A stretch of DNA of 64,000 bases from Marispirochaeta sp. (GCA_963676835.2 CAXXFF010000001.1:416001-480000), one strand, 5' to 3'; positions 48,504 through 60,097 are shown, counted from the first letter of the stretch. Numbers and translations are program-made. The notes: generated by a model not told the origin, from the letters alone.

Positions 48504-50009
48504 TTGTATATGGAAAAACCATACACCTCCCCCATAGCCCAATACCCCCCGTTACGGTATCATCCCGGTATACCATCACTGTATATCACCATAGGGAAAT
48601 ACATGGCACAGGGCATTCAACAGTCTGATACATTTATAAAATCCGTTGCAGGCCATATTTGCAGGGCGTTTCTGGTAATTACTGCAATTCTCTACACGGC
48701 AGATTCGCTTGTTCCAGCAGATTTATCGCTTATAACCGGTATACTCGGCCTGCTTATTTTCTTTTCCGCCCTGCCCCTGGTAAAGGCAACCTTTGCCCGG
48801 CCTGCTTTTATATTTATTTCACTCTCCCTGCTTACCCTCTTCCACTACCATGTAGAATGGATGGCAATTATAGACGGCATAAACTCCATGCTGGGTATCT
48901 TTTCCATCGTTACTGTATTGCAGCTGTTTATAATACCTATACGGGCCGGGGGATACGACCGGGCCCTGGAGACCTACCTCAAAGGACGGTTTACCACTGA
49001 ATCCAGACTGTATATGTTTATCAGTCTGATAGGTCATATACTGGGAAGCTTTATGCTTTTCGGTACTGTCCCCATGCTCTATGCTCTTTTTGGAAGGCCT
49101 CTTAAGGATATGGTACACCAGCCGGAGCGCTTTGCAGTTACCGCCATCGGGCGGGGTTTTTCCCTGGTAACCCTCTGGGCACCAGGGGCGGTAAGTGTAA
49201 TGCTGGTAACATCCAGTACCGGAGCCTCCTGGGTTTCCATTCTTCCGGGAGTGGTGGTCCTTGCAATTATGGGTATGTTTACCTCTTTTCTCATTGAGAA
49301 TATCTATATCTTTAAAGGGGCAAAGCTACCGGACTCTCAACCCGTAAACAGTATCGAAGCCTCCCGGGACAGGTGGAAAATAGTCACCCTTTTTGTTATT
49401 GCCGGAATACTGATGTCAGGGATACTCCTGCTTGATCTTAACAAACTCTTTACCGGATCGGTAAGGGTAATTGTTACAGGAACAGTAACCCTTTCGATAT
49501 GGACCCTCTTCCACAGAAAAAGCGGAACCATCGGCAAGCATCTCGGAGAGTACTGGAATGTCTCTTTGGGAGTTCAGCCCGATCTTTCCGTACTTTTCCT
49601 TGCCATGGGCATTTTTACTGCTGTTATTCAGGCCTCACCGGTTATGCTGATTATTCAGTCCGGAATAATCAAAGGCACAACAGTTATCGGGCCTTTAAGC
49701 TTTCTACTGATTGCCCCGGGAATCGTTCTGCTTTCTCTTACCGGGATTCATCCATTGATCGGTGTAGGATTTACCGGGACTATCCTTGCGGCGGCACTGC
49801 CTGATCAGACCACAATCATTGCCCTGGCCCTGCTTTTAGGAACAGCTGTCTCCTACTCCTTTTCACCATTTGCGGGAAACCTTATTACCCTGGCACGTTT
49901 TGCCGGCTGTTCTCCGGCTAAGGCGGCATTCTCCTGGAACGGAGTGTTTTCCCTGATTTTTCTGCTGGAAGGATTTCTGGTTATTTCTGCTGCGGCGTTT
50001 CTCTTTTAA
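48504..50009 (+). CDS. Multi-pass membrane protein, putative transporter
   Basis: About 12 hydrophobic segments; true start likely ATG 48603. Confidence 0.7.
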   Translation: MYMEKPYTSPIAQYPPLRYHPGIPSLYITIGKYMAQGIQQSDTFIKSVAGHICRAFLVITAILYTADSLVPADLSLITGILGLLIFFSALPLVKATFARPAFIFISLSLLTLFHYHVEWMAIIDGINSMLGIFSIVTVLQLFIIPIRAGGYDRALETYLKGRFTTESRLYMFISLIGHILGSFMLFGTVPMLYALFGRPLKDMVHQPERFAVTAIGRGFSLVTLWAPGAVSVMLVTSSTGASWVSILPGVVVLAIMGMFTSFLIENIYIFKGAKLPDSQPVNSIEASRDRWKIVTLFVIAGILMSGILLLDLNKLFTGSVRVIVTGTVTLSIWTLFHRKSGTIGKHLGEYWNVSLGVQPDLSVLFLAMGIFTAVIQASPVMLIIQSGIIKGTTVIGPLSFLLIAPGIVLLSLTGIHPLIGVGFTGTILAAALPDQTTIIALALLLGTAVSYSFSPFAGNLITLARFAGCSPAKAAFSWNGVFSLIFLLEGFLVISAAAFLF

Positions 50010-50018
50010 CGGAACAGG

Positions 50019-53000
50019 CTAAACCGGCATTTCCAGGCTGCAGGTAGTTCCGTTTCCACTGCTGACAGAGAATGTTCCATCAAGCTGGGCAGCGAGCATA
50101 TCGACCAGCTGCAGCCCGAATCCCGATTTTACCGCATCAGGGTCGAACCCGTCCCCGTTGTCACTGACTCTCAGGATAAGCTTGTTGTCTCCGGATTCGG
50201 CTTCGATGCTAAGCTCTGCTTTTTCAACATGTTTAAGGCCATGCTTCATGGCGTTGGAAATAAGCTCATAGATAAGGATACCCAGGGTTCCCGCTGTTCT
50301 GGCCGGGATAGTGATAGAAGGAATCGTAATCCGGGTTGCTACATTTCCCGGAAATGTGCCGGCAATTTCCCGTACCAGAGCTTCTATGTACTCATTGAGC
50401 ATAACATCCTGAAAGTTATCCCGCCGGTAGATTGTATCGTAGAGAACCATCATGCTGCTCAACCGCTCTTCAGCTTCAGTAAGAACCTCGGAAGCATGTG
50501 AATCATCAGAGTGGTGTGCCTGGATCCGCAAAAAACTCTTAATGGTAAGTACATTGTTTTTAATCCGGTGATGAACCTCTTTTAACAGCATCTCTTTCTC
50601 ATCCAGCAGTGCCTGTACCTTCAGTTCTGCTCTTTTCCGTTCATCAATATCAATGGTTGTTCCGGTAATACGCAGAGGTTTTCCGCCGGGGCTGCGTTCG
50701 ACCACTTTTCCCCTGAAAAGTGTCCATATCCACCCGCCTGATTTCTTTTTCATACGGATCTCATACTCGAAAAAATCGGTTTTCCCTGAAAAGTGTTCGG
50801 AAATTGAATGCCATGAAGGCTTTATATCTTTATGGTGAAACAGACCAGGTAGTTTTTTTGCCCTGAAAGGCTGCAGACTAGAGAGGTCATATCCCCCGAT
50901 TCCTGCAGTTCTCTCATCAATTACGATATTCCCCGAGGGAACATGCCAGTCCCAAAGGCCTGCTCGTGCTCCCTGCAGCGCAAGCGCAAGGCGTTCATCT
51001 GTTTCCCGCTGTTTGGTAATATCCACCAGATACCCCATGTAATGGGTAAGCTGTCCGGTGGAATCTTTCAGTTTATTTGTATAATTGGCTACCCAGATAT
51101 AGCGGCCGTCCGCACACCTCAGACGGTAAGGCTTATGCTCAAAGTGGCCGGATTCATCCAGGATTAGCTGGTCGTGCTCTGAGAGGACCCGGTTTAAATC
51201 ATCGGGGTGGATCATTTCCGTGTAGGAAATATCCCCCGAAACAAGACGATCAACAGGATACCCCAGAAGATAGAGCGCATTGTCAGATACATACTCTACA
51301 GGCCAGCCGGATGAGTTCTTCCATTTGAAAACCATAGTAGGTCCGGCAATAAACATGTTCCGCTCAATAAAGAGTTCCTGCTCAACCTGACGCAATTCGG
51401 TAATATCCTGGTTAACTCCATAAGCTTTAACTGTGCGCCCCGATGCGTCTTTAATAATGTAGGTACGCACTTTTACATAGCCGATTTCTCCGTCGGCATA
51501 GCGAATACGGTGTTCGAGCTGCCGGGTAAAATCGGAATCAGGAGCTGCCATTATAGCCCCGATCTCTTTCTCGACAAACCACATATCTTCAGGAACTACA
51601 TAGCGGCGGGTATACTCTGAAGACGACATGGTATAGCCCCCGGCCTCCTCGGCGGTGGTACGGTAAACACGGAAGAAATTATCATCAAAGGTAAAGGTAT
51701 CAGTTTCCAGATCCAGCTCCCAGGCTCCGGCCTTTGCCATCTGCAGTGCCTGTGAAAGCTGCTCCTCTCTTTTTCGGAGGGTTTCTTCTATTTCCTTTCG
51801 CTTGCTTATATCAATAAGGGTACTGAGCATACCGATAACCCTTCCCTCAGCATCTGTCAGGGGCATGGAATTATTCAGCACGGTAATTACGGAATTATCT
51901 TTTCTCCGGAGAGAATGTTCATAATTGATCAGCCTGCCGCCGCTGAGAAGCTCTGCATGAGCAGGCAGAACTACCACAGGATCAATATCTACATCGGCAA
52001 TAGACATATTCAGGAGTTCTTCTCTTGAGTAACCTAAAAGATCAAGGCCAGCCTGGTTACTGTCGACAAACTCTTTTTTCAGGTTGAAAAGAAAAATAGC
52101 TCCGATTGATCCATCGAAAATTCCGCGGAAGATTTCCTCACTTTCCCTGAGCTTTTCCTGGATCGCTTCCCTTTGCGCCTCAGACTCCTTGAAATCGGTG
52201 ATATCTATACCGGTAAATACAGAATACTTCTGATTACATATTTCTATTGGATCGAAAGATGAGAGGAGTGTTTTTTTATCCCCTGCTTTGTTAAAGAACT
52301 CCATCTCAAGATTATGCAGCCCCTCTCCCTTCTGCATTCTTTTGACTATTTCCTGCTGAACAGAAGGGTCGCTCCAGAGTTTAAGTTCTCTGGCAGTTTT
52401 CCCTGCAAGTACTTCATGGTTGAAACCGGTTGCACGGCAAAAGGCCTTATTGGCCTGATAGATTTGACCGTTTTCAGCCCTGGTTATAAGCTGTGGTACC
52501 GGGTTGGCATGGAAAACCCGTTGAAAGCTGTCTTCCGCCTGCCTGCGTTCGGTTATATCCTGGGTAACCCCCATATATCGTAAAGCGCTGTATTCACCAT
52601 CCCCCAGGGGCTCGCCAATATCATAGAGCCACCGGACTGTTCCATCGGGCCGGATAATTCTGTACTCAAGCTCGAAAACCGAGCGGGAGAGTATCGCCTC
52701 ATTGCACCGGGCTCTATAATCCTCCGCATCATCTGGATGTAAAAACCTGCTCACTTTCTCCTCCAGGGACGGAGAAGGTTCGGAGGGGTCTATTCCAAAA
52801 ATATGGTATAACTCCTCCGACCAGCGGCTTATATTATTTTCGGGATCGCATTCAAAGCTTCCAATATGAGCAATTTTCTGGGCCATGGAGAGGGACTGCT
52901 CATTTTTCAGTCTCTTTTCATACTCTGCCCGCTCCCTGTTCTTTGCCTGAAAAAGACGGAAAGCCATTTTTATTGATACATCAAGAACGGCTATGCCGGA

Positions 53001-53351
53001 ATTCTTTACAATAAAACCGTAGGACGTTACTTCTTCTACCTGTGAGATAAACTCTTTTTCTGTATGGGAGGAAAGAAAAACAATAGGCAGATCGGACTTT
53101 TTGAGTATACGTCGAGCCGCCTCAACACCGCTTATCCCGGCGCCGAGATCGATATCCATAAGGACAAGATCAATATCACCGGCAGAACATCTTTCAACCG
53201 CCTCTTCACCGGAGTGTACAATTACACTGGTATACCCAAGCTGACTGAGTTCTGCAGCTTCACTGATGGCAACGGTCTTGCAGTCTTCACAGATAAGAAT
53301 CTTTTTTCCGGTGTAAACTCCTGTCACCTGTACAGGATAACATCGAAACAT
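50019..53351 (-). CDS. Receiver-PAS-histidine kinase (HisKA_2 type)
   Basis: N-terminal REC (LVLMDID), multiple PAS/PAC domains, KEVHHRIKNN, ELISNAMKH, DNGDGF. Confidence 0.9.
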   Translation of the reverse strand: MFRCYPVQVTGVYTGKKILICEDCKTVAISEAAELSQLGYTSVIVHSGEEAVERCSAGDIDLVLMDIDLGAGISGVEAARRILKKSDLPIVFLSSHTEKEFISQVEEVTSYGFIVKNSGIAVLDVSIKMAFRLFQAKNRERAEYEKRLKNEQSLSMAQKIAHIGSFECDPENNISRWSEELYHIFGIDPSEPSPSLEEKVSRFLHPDDAEDYRARCNEAILSRSVFELEYRIIRPDGTVRWLYDIGEPLGDGEYSALRYMGVTQDITERRQAEDSFQRVFHANPVPQLITRAENGQIYQANKAFCRATGFNHEVLAGKTARELKLWSDPSVQQEIVKRMQKGEGLHNLEMEFFNKAGDKKTLLSSFDPIEICNQKYSVFTGIDITDFKESEAQREAIQEKLRESEEIFRGIFDGSIGAIFLFNLKKEFVDSNQAGLDLLGYSREELLNMSIADVDIDPVVVLPAHAELLSGGRLINYEHSLRRKDNSVITVLNNSMPLTDAEGRVIGMLSTLIDISKRKEIEETLRKREEQLSQALQMAKAGAWELDLETDTFTFDDNFFRVYRTTAEEAGGYTMSSSEYTRRYVVPEDMWFVEKEIGAIMAAPDSDFTRQLEHRIRYADGEIGYVKVRTYIIKDASGRTVKAYGVNQDITELRQVEQELFIERNMFIAGPTMVFKWKNSSGWPVEYVSDNALYLLGYPVDRLVSGDISYTEMIHPDDLNRVLSEHDQLILDESGHFEHKPYRLRCADGRYIWVANYTNKLKDSTGQLTHYMGYLVDITKQRETDERLALALQGARAGLWDWHVPSGNIVIDERTAGIGGYDLSSLQPFRAKKLPGLFHHKDIKPSWHSISEHFSGKTDFFEYEIRMKKKSGGWIWTLFRGKVVERSPGGKPLRITGTTIDIDERKRAELKVQALLDEKEMLLKEVHHRIKNNVLTIKSFLRIQAHHSDDSHASEVLTEAEERLSSMMVLYDTIYRRDNFQDVMLNEYIEALVREIAGTFPGNVATRITIPSITIPARTAGTLGILIYELISNAMKHGLKHVEKAELSIEAESGDNKLILRVSDNGDGFDPDAVKSGFGLQLVDMLAAQLDGTFSVSSGNGTTCSLEMPV

Positions 53352-53435
53352 GTTTTTCAGGTATTAAAATCAGTCTGTACAGTTGCTGAACTGTTAAAGA
53401 ATAAGTCAGTTGAGCTGACCTATAGCTGTTTCACC

Positions 53436-54482
53436 TTAGAACTTGCCTATCCTCTTTAAGAGAACCCCGCCTGCAAGAGCCCCCAGGGAATTAAGCAGCA
53501 GATCATGAAATGACGATACCCGGGAAGGCAGCCATATCTGAGTAGTCTCTATTACCAGACTGAGCAGAAACCCGGCGGCAAGAGATATAATCAAGGCTTT
53601 CTTATTTGCCTGGCCGTTGAGGCGAATTACCAGCAGAAAGACAACTGCCCCCAGGGGCATGAAGCCGAAGAAGTTGAGAAAGACATCAAAAACAAAGGTC
53701 TGCAGAGAATCACCGGACTCCGGGGGCCGCAGATACGAAGGATACAATAAAGGCTTAAACGCCGGGATTTGCAATACCACCCTTGATCCGTTTTCTTTCA
53801 GCAGGGATGATGCGCCATCACTAACCTGTAGTTTAATAAAAGGGACAGCGGTATCAGTCATTTCCGGGTCAATCAGATCATTCCAGAACCGTAATGCGGT
53901 AACCTCTCCCCGCCATGGGTCCGTACCGAAGATACTGTTGCCGATAACCATGTGGGCGTTCTGTATATTTTCAGGCAGGGAAAGAATAAAGTCCCGGCTG
54001 GTCCTCACCAATTCATTATTCAGATAGACCGAGCTGCCGTCTCTTCCGGAGAGTATCAAAAGGACATTCGGACCCGGACTGAGGGGCAGATATATCTTGG
54101 GTTCATGCCGGCGGTTACTGAAGTCATCTCCGTTCATAAGCATAAGGGAACTGTCCCACTGGCCGACAAAAAGCTGTTCATTTCTGTTTCCGTCTGCTAT
54201 GGAAAAAAGTGAACGGAAACGGGTTTCCGCTGAAAAGTCCGGAGTAAATACTATTTCAAGTGAAAACCCTTCAGAGGGCCGGAAGCTGCTGAATACCCCG
54301 GCATCGGTATAGGCCATGCCATGTCCGGAAAATTCCAGGCTGTTCGTGTCGGTATGCAGAATCACTTCGTTTCTGAACTCATACCCCTTCAGGCGCAGGC
54401 CGAAATAGAGCATCCCGGCAGTCATACATGCAAGAAGAATAATCAGAAGCCAGACAGGCAGTTTATGTATTTTATTAATCAC
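53436..54482 (-). CDS. VanZ-family membrane protein with LamG-like periplasmic domain
   Basis: LNFFGFMPLG...IETTQ..LPSRVSS..DLLLNSLG; central beta-sandwich (IGNS...PWRGEV..LRFW). Confidence 0.75.
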   Translation of the reverse strand: MINKIHKLPVWLLIILLACMTAGMLYFGLRLKGYEFRNEVILHTDTNSLEFSGHGMAYTDAGVFSSFRPSEGFSLEIVFTPDFSAETRFRSLFSIADGNRNEQLFVGQWDSSLMLMNGDDFSNRRHEPKIYLPLSPGPNVLLILSGRDGSSVYLNNELVRTSRDFILSLPENIQNAHMVIGNSIFGTDPWRGEVTALRFWNDLIDPEMTDTAVPFIKLQVSDGASSLLKENGSRVVLQIPAFKPLLYPSYLRPPESGDSLQTFVFDVFLNFFGFMPLGAVVFLLVIRLNGQANKKALIISLAAGFLLSLVIETTQIWLPSRVSSFHDLLLNSLGALAGGVLLKRIGKF

Positions 54483-54522
54483 AGGGGAAAATTATCAGAT
54501 AAGACCGGTTCTGTCTGCCAAT

Positions 54523-54554
54523 AAAAAAACCGCTCCGTTTGTAAGGAGCGGTTT
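54523..54554 (-). terminator. Rho-independent terminator
   Basis: AAACCGCTCC-N8-GGAGCGGTTT hairpin followed by a T-run on the minus strand. Confidence 0.8.
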
Positions 54555-54573
54555 ACAGGGAATACACCAGCTG

Positions 54574-55029
54574 TTATCTGCGCCGGGCATAGCGGGCTGA
54601 ACCGAAATCCTCATCTTCGGAATCCCAGGCTCTGCGGCCGCCGTTTCCCATACCTGTGCCGTTGGCGGCATAACCTCTGCCGAGGGCTTCAAAGGTAAGT
54701 GTTTCGCCGTTAACTACCGCTTCTGTTACACTGATCACGGTTGCATCGGCATCGATATAGCGGCCGTAGCTGTCGTGTACATAGCCGGTAATAGTTGCTA
54801 CTGAACCATCGGCAATATCAAGGTCCTGCTCATAGCCCCGGGGAACCATTACCACATACTCTTCGCCGCCGCTGGTCAGAACGGGAAACTCTCCCGAAAG
54901 GTCGAGGGTTCCACTGAGGGTGCTAACTTCGCCTTCCCGGCCTAAACCGCGTTCTTCCTGTGCGCCTTCTGCGAACAGAGCCATTCCTGCAATCATTACT
55001 ACCAGTACACCAATTGTAAACCGTTTCAT
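54574..55029 (-). CDS. Exported hypothetical protein
   Basis: Spirochaete-style signal peptide ALFAEGAQE; RBS GAGGAGG. Confidence 0.65.
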   Translation of the reverse strand: MKRFTIGVLVVMIAGMALFAEGAQEERGLGREGEVSTLSGTLDLSGEFPVLTSGGEEYVVMVPRGYEQDLDIADGSVATITGYVHDSYGRYIDADATVISVTEAVVNGETLTFEALGRGYAANGTGMGNGGRRAWDSEDEDFGSARYARRR

Positions 55030-55306
55030 ATTTCCTCCTCGGGGTCATGCCCCTTACTGCTTGTTTACAGAAACAAATCTAAAGCAGAGGTATGTACCGG
55101 CTGTAAACGTAAATTGAAGATCAGGTGAAGATATAAGTTTTTTTGCATTATTTTTTCTGAATTCTCTCTTTTTGCCATAGGGCATCTCTTCGTTATCTGT
55201 TGCCTCATTTTATGGTTCAATTTTTACTCCACTTATATATCACCTCATTACCCTTAGATTTCCCTTCAAAAAACGAATCAGATGCATTAGAATTGAAACA
55301 TACAGC

Positions 55307-58300
55307 TTGCGGGAAAAATGGATGAAAAAGGTACCAGTAGTCGGGATAGGAGCTTCTGCCGGAGGACTTCAGGAAATTGAAAAATTCTTTCGTTCCTGGG
55401 GAGACCGCCAGGAGTGCGCCTTTGTGGTGATTCAACATCTGGCACCGGATCACAAAAGCCTCCTGCCGGAGATAATCACCCGTTTTACCAGCCTCAAAGT
55501 ATCCCAGGTTACCGAAAAAGTATTTGTTGAAGCAGGTCATATTTTTATCATCCCCCCGGGAATGCAGATTCAGCTCAGCGGTTCACAACTGACGGTAGAG
55601 CCCTCCAGCCGGGACCGGGTAAAAAATCTTCCCATAGATATTTTCTTTGCATCCATGAGCAAAAGTGCCGGAGAAAAATCTGCAGCCATAATCCTGTCGG
55701 GAACAGGAACAGACGGGACCCGCGGATTGCGTGAAGTAAAAGAGGCAGGCGGACTTGTGCTCGTCCAGACGCCGGAAACAGCGGAGTATAGCGGCATGCC
55801 CAATAGTGCCGCAGCCACAGGAATGGCGGATTATATCTGCCTTGTGGAGGAGATGCCGGAAATAATAGTCAGGGATATTCACACAAGTGCCAACCAGCTT
55901 AAAGATACCAGTTTTACCCCGGGAAATGACCTTCACAAAATGGAAACTATGTTCAGTTTACTTAAATCGAAGACCGGCATTGATTTTTCCCGCTATAAAA
56001 CGAAGACCATTCTTAGACGTCTAAACCGCCGGCTGGCGGTTCATAAGCTTTCCGGCTTTACAGAATATGTCGCCCTGCTGAAGAAAGATCCGTCGGAACT
56101 GCAGGCACTCTTTCGGGAATTTATTATCAGCGTTACCAGTTTTTTCAGAGACCGGGATGTCTTTGAGGTTATAAAGAACAAAATTATTCCCGAAGCAGTA
56201 CGTAATGCATCCGGAGCGCCAATCCGGGTATGGATCCCTGCCTGTGCAACCGGAGAAGAAGCCTATACCATTGCTATTCTTCTTCGGGAGTACCTGGATG
56301 CCAATTCTCTATCCAATGAGCTACAGATATTTGCTTCAGATATTGATCATACAGCCATTGAAAAAGCCCGTCGTGGAATATATCCAAAGAATATAGCTGC
56401 TGAGATCGATGAGGATATCCTGGCAGCTTATTTTGACGAAGAGACAGAAGGGTACAAGGTAAAAAACAGCATACGGGACAGTATTGTCTTTGCTGAGCAC
56501 AATCTGCTCTCTGACCCACCATATTCGCGGATAGACATAATCAGTTGCAGAAATCTTCTGATTTACCTGAACACGGAACTTCAGCACCAGGTTCTTTCAG
56601 TGTTCCATTATACCCTCCAGCCTGATGGAATTCTGGTGCTGGGAAAATCAGAAAACCCCGGAAAAAGCTCTGCAGGATTCAGTCCTCTGGATAAAAAAAA
56701 CAGGATATACAAAAAAGTGGAAGGCGAAATGTCTCACCACAAGTTCTGGCAGACAAGACCCTTGCGAAAACCGGCTGCTGTACTCAGGGCCGGAAATCAA
56801 CCGGTATCCATAGCCCAGAAGGCCAAAGAATTTATTCTGGAAAAAATTGCCCCGCCGAGTATCGTGGTAGACAACGAAGGGGACATGCTCTTTATTCAGG
56901 GAAAAACAGGCAGATTTCTGGAAAGCCCTTCCGGCGAAGTAAGCACGAATATACTGCGAAATGCCCGGGAAGGATTGCGTATTCCCCTTACCAATGGAAT
57001 ACGTAAATGCCGGCAGACCGGCGATGAAGTTATCAGCCGGGGAATAAAAATACAAACCGAAACTGATCCCTTTTTAACGGATATCTCCATAGCACCCTTT
57101 CCTTCGGATGTAACACGCCAGCTCTATATTATCAGTTTTCATGAATCCGGCTGCTTTCCTTCCGAAGAAAGAGTGCATATTCAAAACCTCAACGAGAGTC
57201 AGGTCATAGCCGAGCTTGAAAAGGAACTGACCGAGAAGGATGAGTACCTCAGACATACCATCGAAGAGCTGGAAAGCACTAATGAGGAGCTCAAATCAGC
57301 AAATGAAGAAGCTCAGTCTACCAATGAGGAGCTTCAGAGTACCAACGAGGAGCTGGAAACATCCAGAGAAGAACTCCAGTCCCTGAATGAAGAGCTTATT
57401 ACCACTAATGCGGAACTGAACAGCAAGGTGGAAGAATTGGACGAGGCCACCAGCAACCTGAAAAATCTTCTGGCGGCAACTGAGATTGCCACACTGTTTC
57501 TTGACGAAGATCTGAAAATATTCAACTTTACTCCGTCAATCAGCTCTATTGTCAGTCTCTACTCCACAGACCTCGGCCGTCCTCTGGCCCAGTTCTCACT
57601 CAATATCAACTACCCGAATCTTTTAGACAGTCTCAGGAATGTACTGTCCGGACAGGGCGCTGTTGAAGCTGAAGTTCAGAGCACCGACCGGCACATCTTC
57701 TGGATGCGAATCGCACCGTACCGGAACACGGACAACAACCCTCAAGGGCTGGTTGTTACATTTACCGATATAACGGAAAAACGAAAAAGTGATTTTGAAA
57801 TAAAACTCCTCAACAGTGTTATAGATAACGCACTGGAAGGCTATGATATCGTGGACAGTGATGGTCACTTTGTGTACGCCAATCCTTCCTACCTGAGGAT
57901 GTGGGGATATACTAACCTCTCTGAAGTTATCGGAACCTCCCCTGCGACCCATTGTGCGGATCCAGCCATGGCGCAAACAATAATAGCCACAGTCAGCGGT
58001 AAAGGAGCAACGGAGTTCGAGTTTAAAGCTCTCAGAAAAGACGGCTCGGAGTTTGATGTTCACATGAGTGTGATCAGTTATACAGATTTTGATGGTCACC
58101 GCTACTATGCAGGTTTTTCAAGAGACATAACAGAAAGAAAAAAGCATGAGGCTGAGCTGAAAAACTATCAGGATCATCTTGTAGACCTGGTGGAAGAGAA
58201 AAGCAGAGAACTTGCCGAAAGTGAGCGCCGGTACCGGAAAATCTCGGAACTTGCTGTGGATTATTCCTACAGTTACCTGGCCGACGAAGAGGGAAACCTC

Positions 58301-59650
58301 AAGCTTGACTGGCTGTTTGGAGCGTTTGAGCAGATAACCGGGTATCCCGTCAGAACAAATCTTATCGGCGATGAGGTACCCAATTTTATACATCCCGACG
58401 ATACTCCGGTTCTTCAGGAACGACGCAAGAATTATGCAAAAGGTATTACCGGCGTAGTGGAGGTTCGTATAATCACCAGGTCGGGAGAAATAAAGTGGAT
58501 AGAAGACAGAGGTGTTCCTGAGCTCGATCCGGCAACAGGCCGTCTTCTCCGTATTGTGGGAACGGCCCGTGAAATAACCATCAGAAAGCAGATTGAACGG
58601 GAGCTTAAAATAAGTGAAAGAAAGTTCCGGAACATTGCGGAAAATATTCCGGGATTGATTATGAAATATGTCAAATATCCCGATGGGACCAAGGAGTTTC
58701 TCTTTCTGGGTCAGTCGGTGGAACGGATATTTGAAATCCCCCACAGTGAAGCGATGAAAGATCCTGGAAAGCTGTGGGAACGAATTCATAATGATGACCG
58801 GGAAGGACTCAGGGATGCACTAAATAAGTCAGCCGATGGCGGCCCATATCCGGAGGTGGAAGTACGCCTGCAGTTTACCAATAACCGGATCAAGTGGATA
58901 TATTTCAAGGGCATTACTGTTCATGATCAACTGGACAAAAATATCTGGGATATTATTATCCTGGACATAACAGATCGGAAAGAGACTGAAGAATCCCTGC
59001 GACAGTCCAACATGCAGAGAGAAATCCTGCTTAAAGAGCTGCACCACCGGGTAAAGAACAACCTTCAGCTGATTTCGAGCATGCTCAGACTTCAGGCCAT
59101 GAATATCAACGACGTAGAGATATCCCGTATATACTCGGAAAATCAGGATCGGATTCACTGCATTGCCAAGCTCCATGAGATTCTGTATAGATCCAACAAT
59201 CTGAGCCATATAAATATCCGCACCTATCTGCTGGATATGATTCACTACCTGGTTGATTCTCATAAAAGCCCAGACCTGGCAATAAAACTGTCCACCCGTA
59301 TTCTTTCCCTGAATGTGAGCGTAGAGCAGGCTATCCCTCTGGGACTTATTGTTAACGAACTGGTAAATAACAGCCTCAAACACGCCTTTGTGGGAAAGAA
59401 AAAAGCAAAGGTGAGCATTATCCTCGATGAAGCGGAAAATTCCGGCTACGCACTGATTATGGAGGACGACGGCAAAGGGATGGATCCGGATATTTATAAT
59501 CAGAACGAAAGCGGTTTCGGCAGTTTTATAGTCAAATCGCTGGTAATGCAGGTTGGTGGAGAATTGCTGGTTGAAGCGAAAAACGGAACCCGCATCCAGA
59601 TAACTCTGCCCGAACTTCAAACCGCGGAACAGGGAAATGCATCACAATGA
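55307..59650 (+). CDS. CheB/CheR fusion with PAS domains and HisKA_2 kinase
   Basis: GASAGG, QHL, GTGTDG (CheB triad); VTSFFRD, ACATGEE, SCRNLLIY (CheR); ELQSTNEEL coiled coil; ELHHRVKNN. Confidence 0.93.
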   Translation: MREKWMKKVPVVGIGASAGGLQEIEKFFRSWGDRQECAFVVIQHLAPDHKSLLPEIITRFTSLKVSQVTEKVFVEAGHIFIIPPGMQIQLSGSQLTVEPSSRDRVKNLPIDIFFASMSKSAGEKSAAIILSGTGTDGTRGLREVKEAGGLVLVQTPETAEYSGMPNSAAATGMADYICLVEEMPEIIVRDIHTSANQLKDTSFTPGNDLHKMETMFSLLKSKTGIDFSRYKTKTILRRLNRRLAVHKLSGFTEYVALLKKDPSELQALFREFIISVTSFFRDRDVFEVIKNKIIPEAVRNASGAPIRVWIPACATGEEAYTIAILLREYLDANSLSNELQIFASDIDHTAIEKARRGIYPKNIAAEIDEDILAAYFDEETEGYKVKNSIRDSIVFAEHNLLSDPPYSRIDIISCRNLLIYLNTELQHQVLSVFHYTLQPDGILVLGKSENPGKSSAGFSPLDKKNRIYKKVEGEMSHHKFWQTRPLRKPAAVLRAGNQPVSIAQKAKEFILEKIAPPSIVVDNEGDMLFIQGKTGRFLESPSGEVSTNILRNAREGLRIPLTNGIRKCRQTGDEVISRGIKIQTETDPFLTDISIAPFPSDVTRQLYIISFHESGCFPSEERVHIQNLNESQVIAELEKELTEKDEYLRHTIEELESTNEELKSANEEAQSTNEELQSTNEELETSREELQSLNEELITTNAELNSKVEELDEATSNLKNLLAATEIATLFLDEDLKIFNFTPSISSIVSLYSTDLGRPLAQFSLNINYPNLLDSLRNVLSGQGAVEAEVQSTDRHIFWMRIAPYRNTDNNPQGLVVTFTDITEKRKSDFEIKLLNSVIDNALEGYDIVDSDGHFVYANPSYLRMWGYTNLSEVIGTSPATHCADPAMAQTIIATVSGKGATEFEFKALRKDGSEFDVHMSVISYTDFDGHRYYAGFSRDITERKKHEAELKNYQDHLVDLVEEKSRELAESERRYRKISELAVDYSYSYLADEEGNLKLDWLFGAFEQITGYPVRTNLIGDEVPNFIHPDDTPVLQERRKNYAKGITGVVEVRIITRSGEIKWIEDRGVPELDPATGRLLRIVGTAREITIRKQIERELKISERKFRNIAENIPGLIMKYVKYPDGTKEFLFLGQSVERIFEIPHSEAMKDPGKLWERIHNDDREGLRDALNKSADGGPYPEVEVRLQFTNNRIKWIYFKGITVHDQLDKNIWDIIILDITDRKETEESLRQSNMQREILLKELHHRVKNNLQLISSMLRLQAMNINDVEISRIYSENQDRIHCIAKLHEILYRSNNLSHINIRTYLLDMIHYLVDSHKSPDLAIKLSTRILSLNVSVEQAIPLGLIVNELVNNSLKHAFVGKKKAKVSIILDEAENSGYALIMEDDGKGMDPDIYNQNESGFGSFIVKSLVMQVGGELLVEAKNGTRIQITLPELQTAEQGNASQ

Positions 59651-60000
59651 AAGGGCCGGTACTTCTTGTTGAAGATGAAATCATAATCGGGATCTCCCTG
59701 GTCTATGAACTGCAGAGCCGGGGATATGAGGTGATCTACCCTGTAACCTGTGAAGAAGAGGTTATGAGAGCCCTGAACAAGCATGATATTCAGATTATTA
59801 TCATGGATGTCCATCTGGCCAGGGGAGAAAACGGAGTAGAGATTGCAGAAAAAATAGTAGCGAAAAAGCCGCTGCCGATTATTTTTGCCACCGGAATGTC
59901 CGATCAGGAGACAATGCTTCGTGCACAAAAGCTTTCTCCCCTTGCCTATCTCACCAAGCCTCTGAACTACTCTGAGCTTCTGAAAATCCTGCCGGAATAA
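59647..60000 (+). CDS. Single-domain response regulator
   Basis: LLVEDE, IMDV, FATG, KP; ATGA overlap with the kinase. Confidence 0.9.
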   Translation: MKGPVLLVEDEIIIGISLVYELQSRGYEVIYPVTCEEEVMRALNKHDIQIIIMDVHLARGENGVEIAEKIVAKKPLPIIFATGMSDQETMLRAQKLSPLAYLTKPLNYSELLKILPE

Positions 60001-60097
60001 ACTTCTGCCAACGATTCTCCATCTGTTTTTAGCGCTTTTCTTTTCAGCAATGGGTGATATAATTGGCTGCAGATTACAACAACCCTAAAGAAAAACA

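Noticed and set aside
58118..59620. Long minus-strand ORFs of 223 and 263 aa
   Set aside because: Antisense to the well-supported CheB/CheR kinase and without recognisable motifs.
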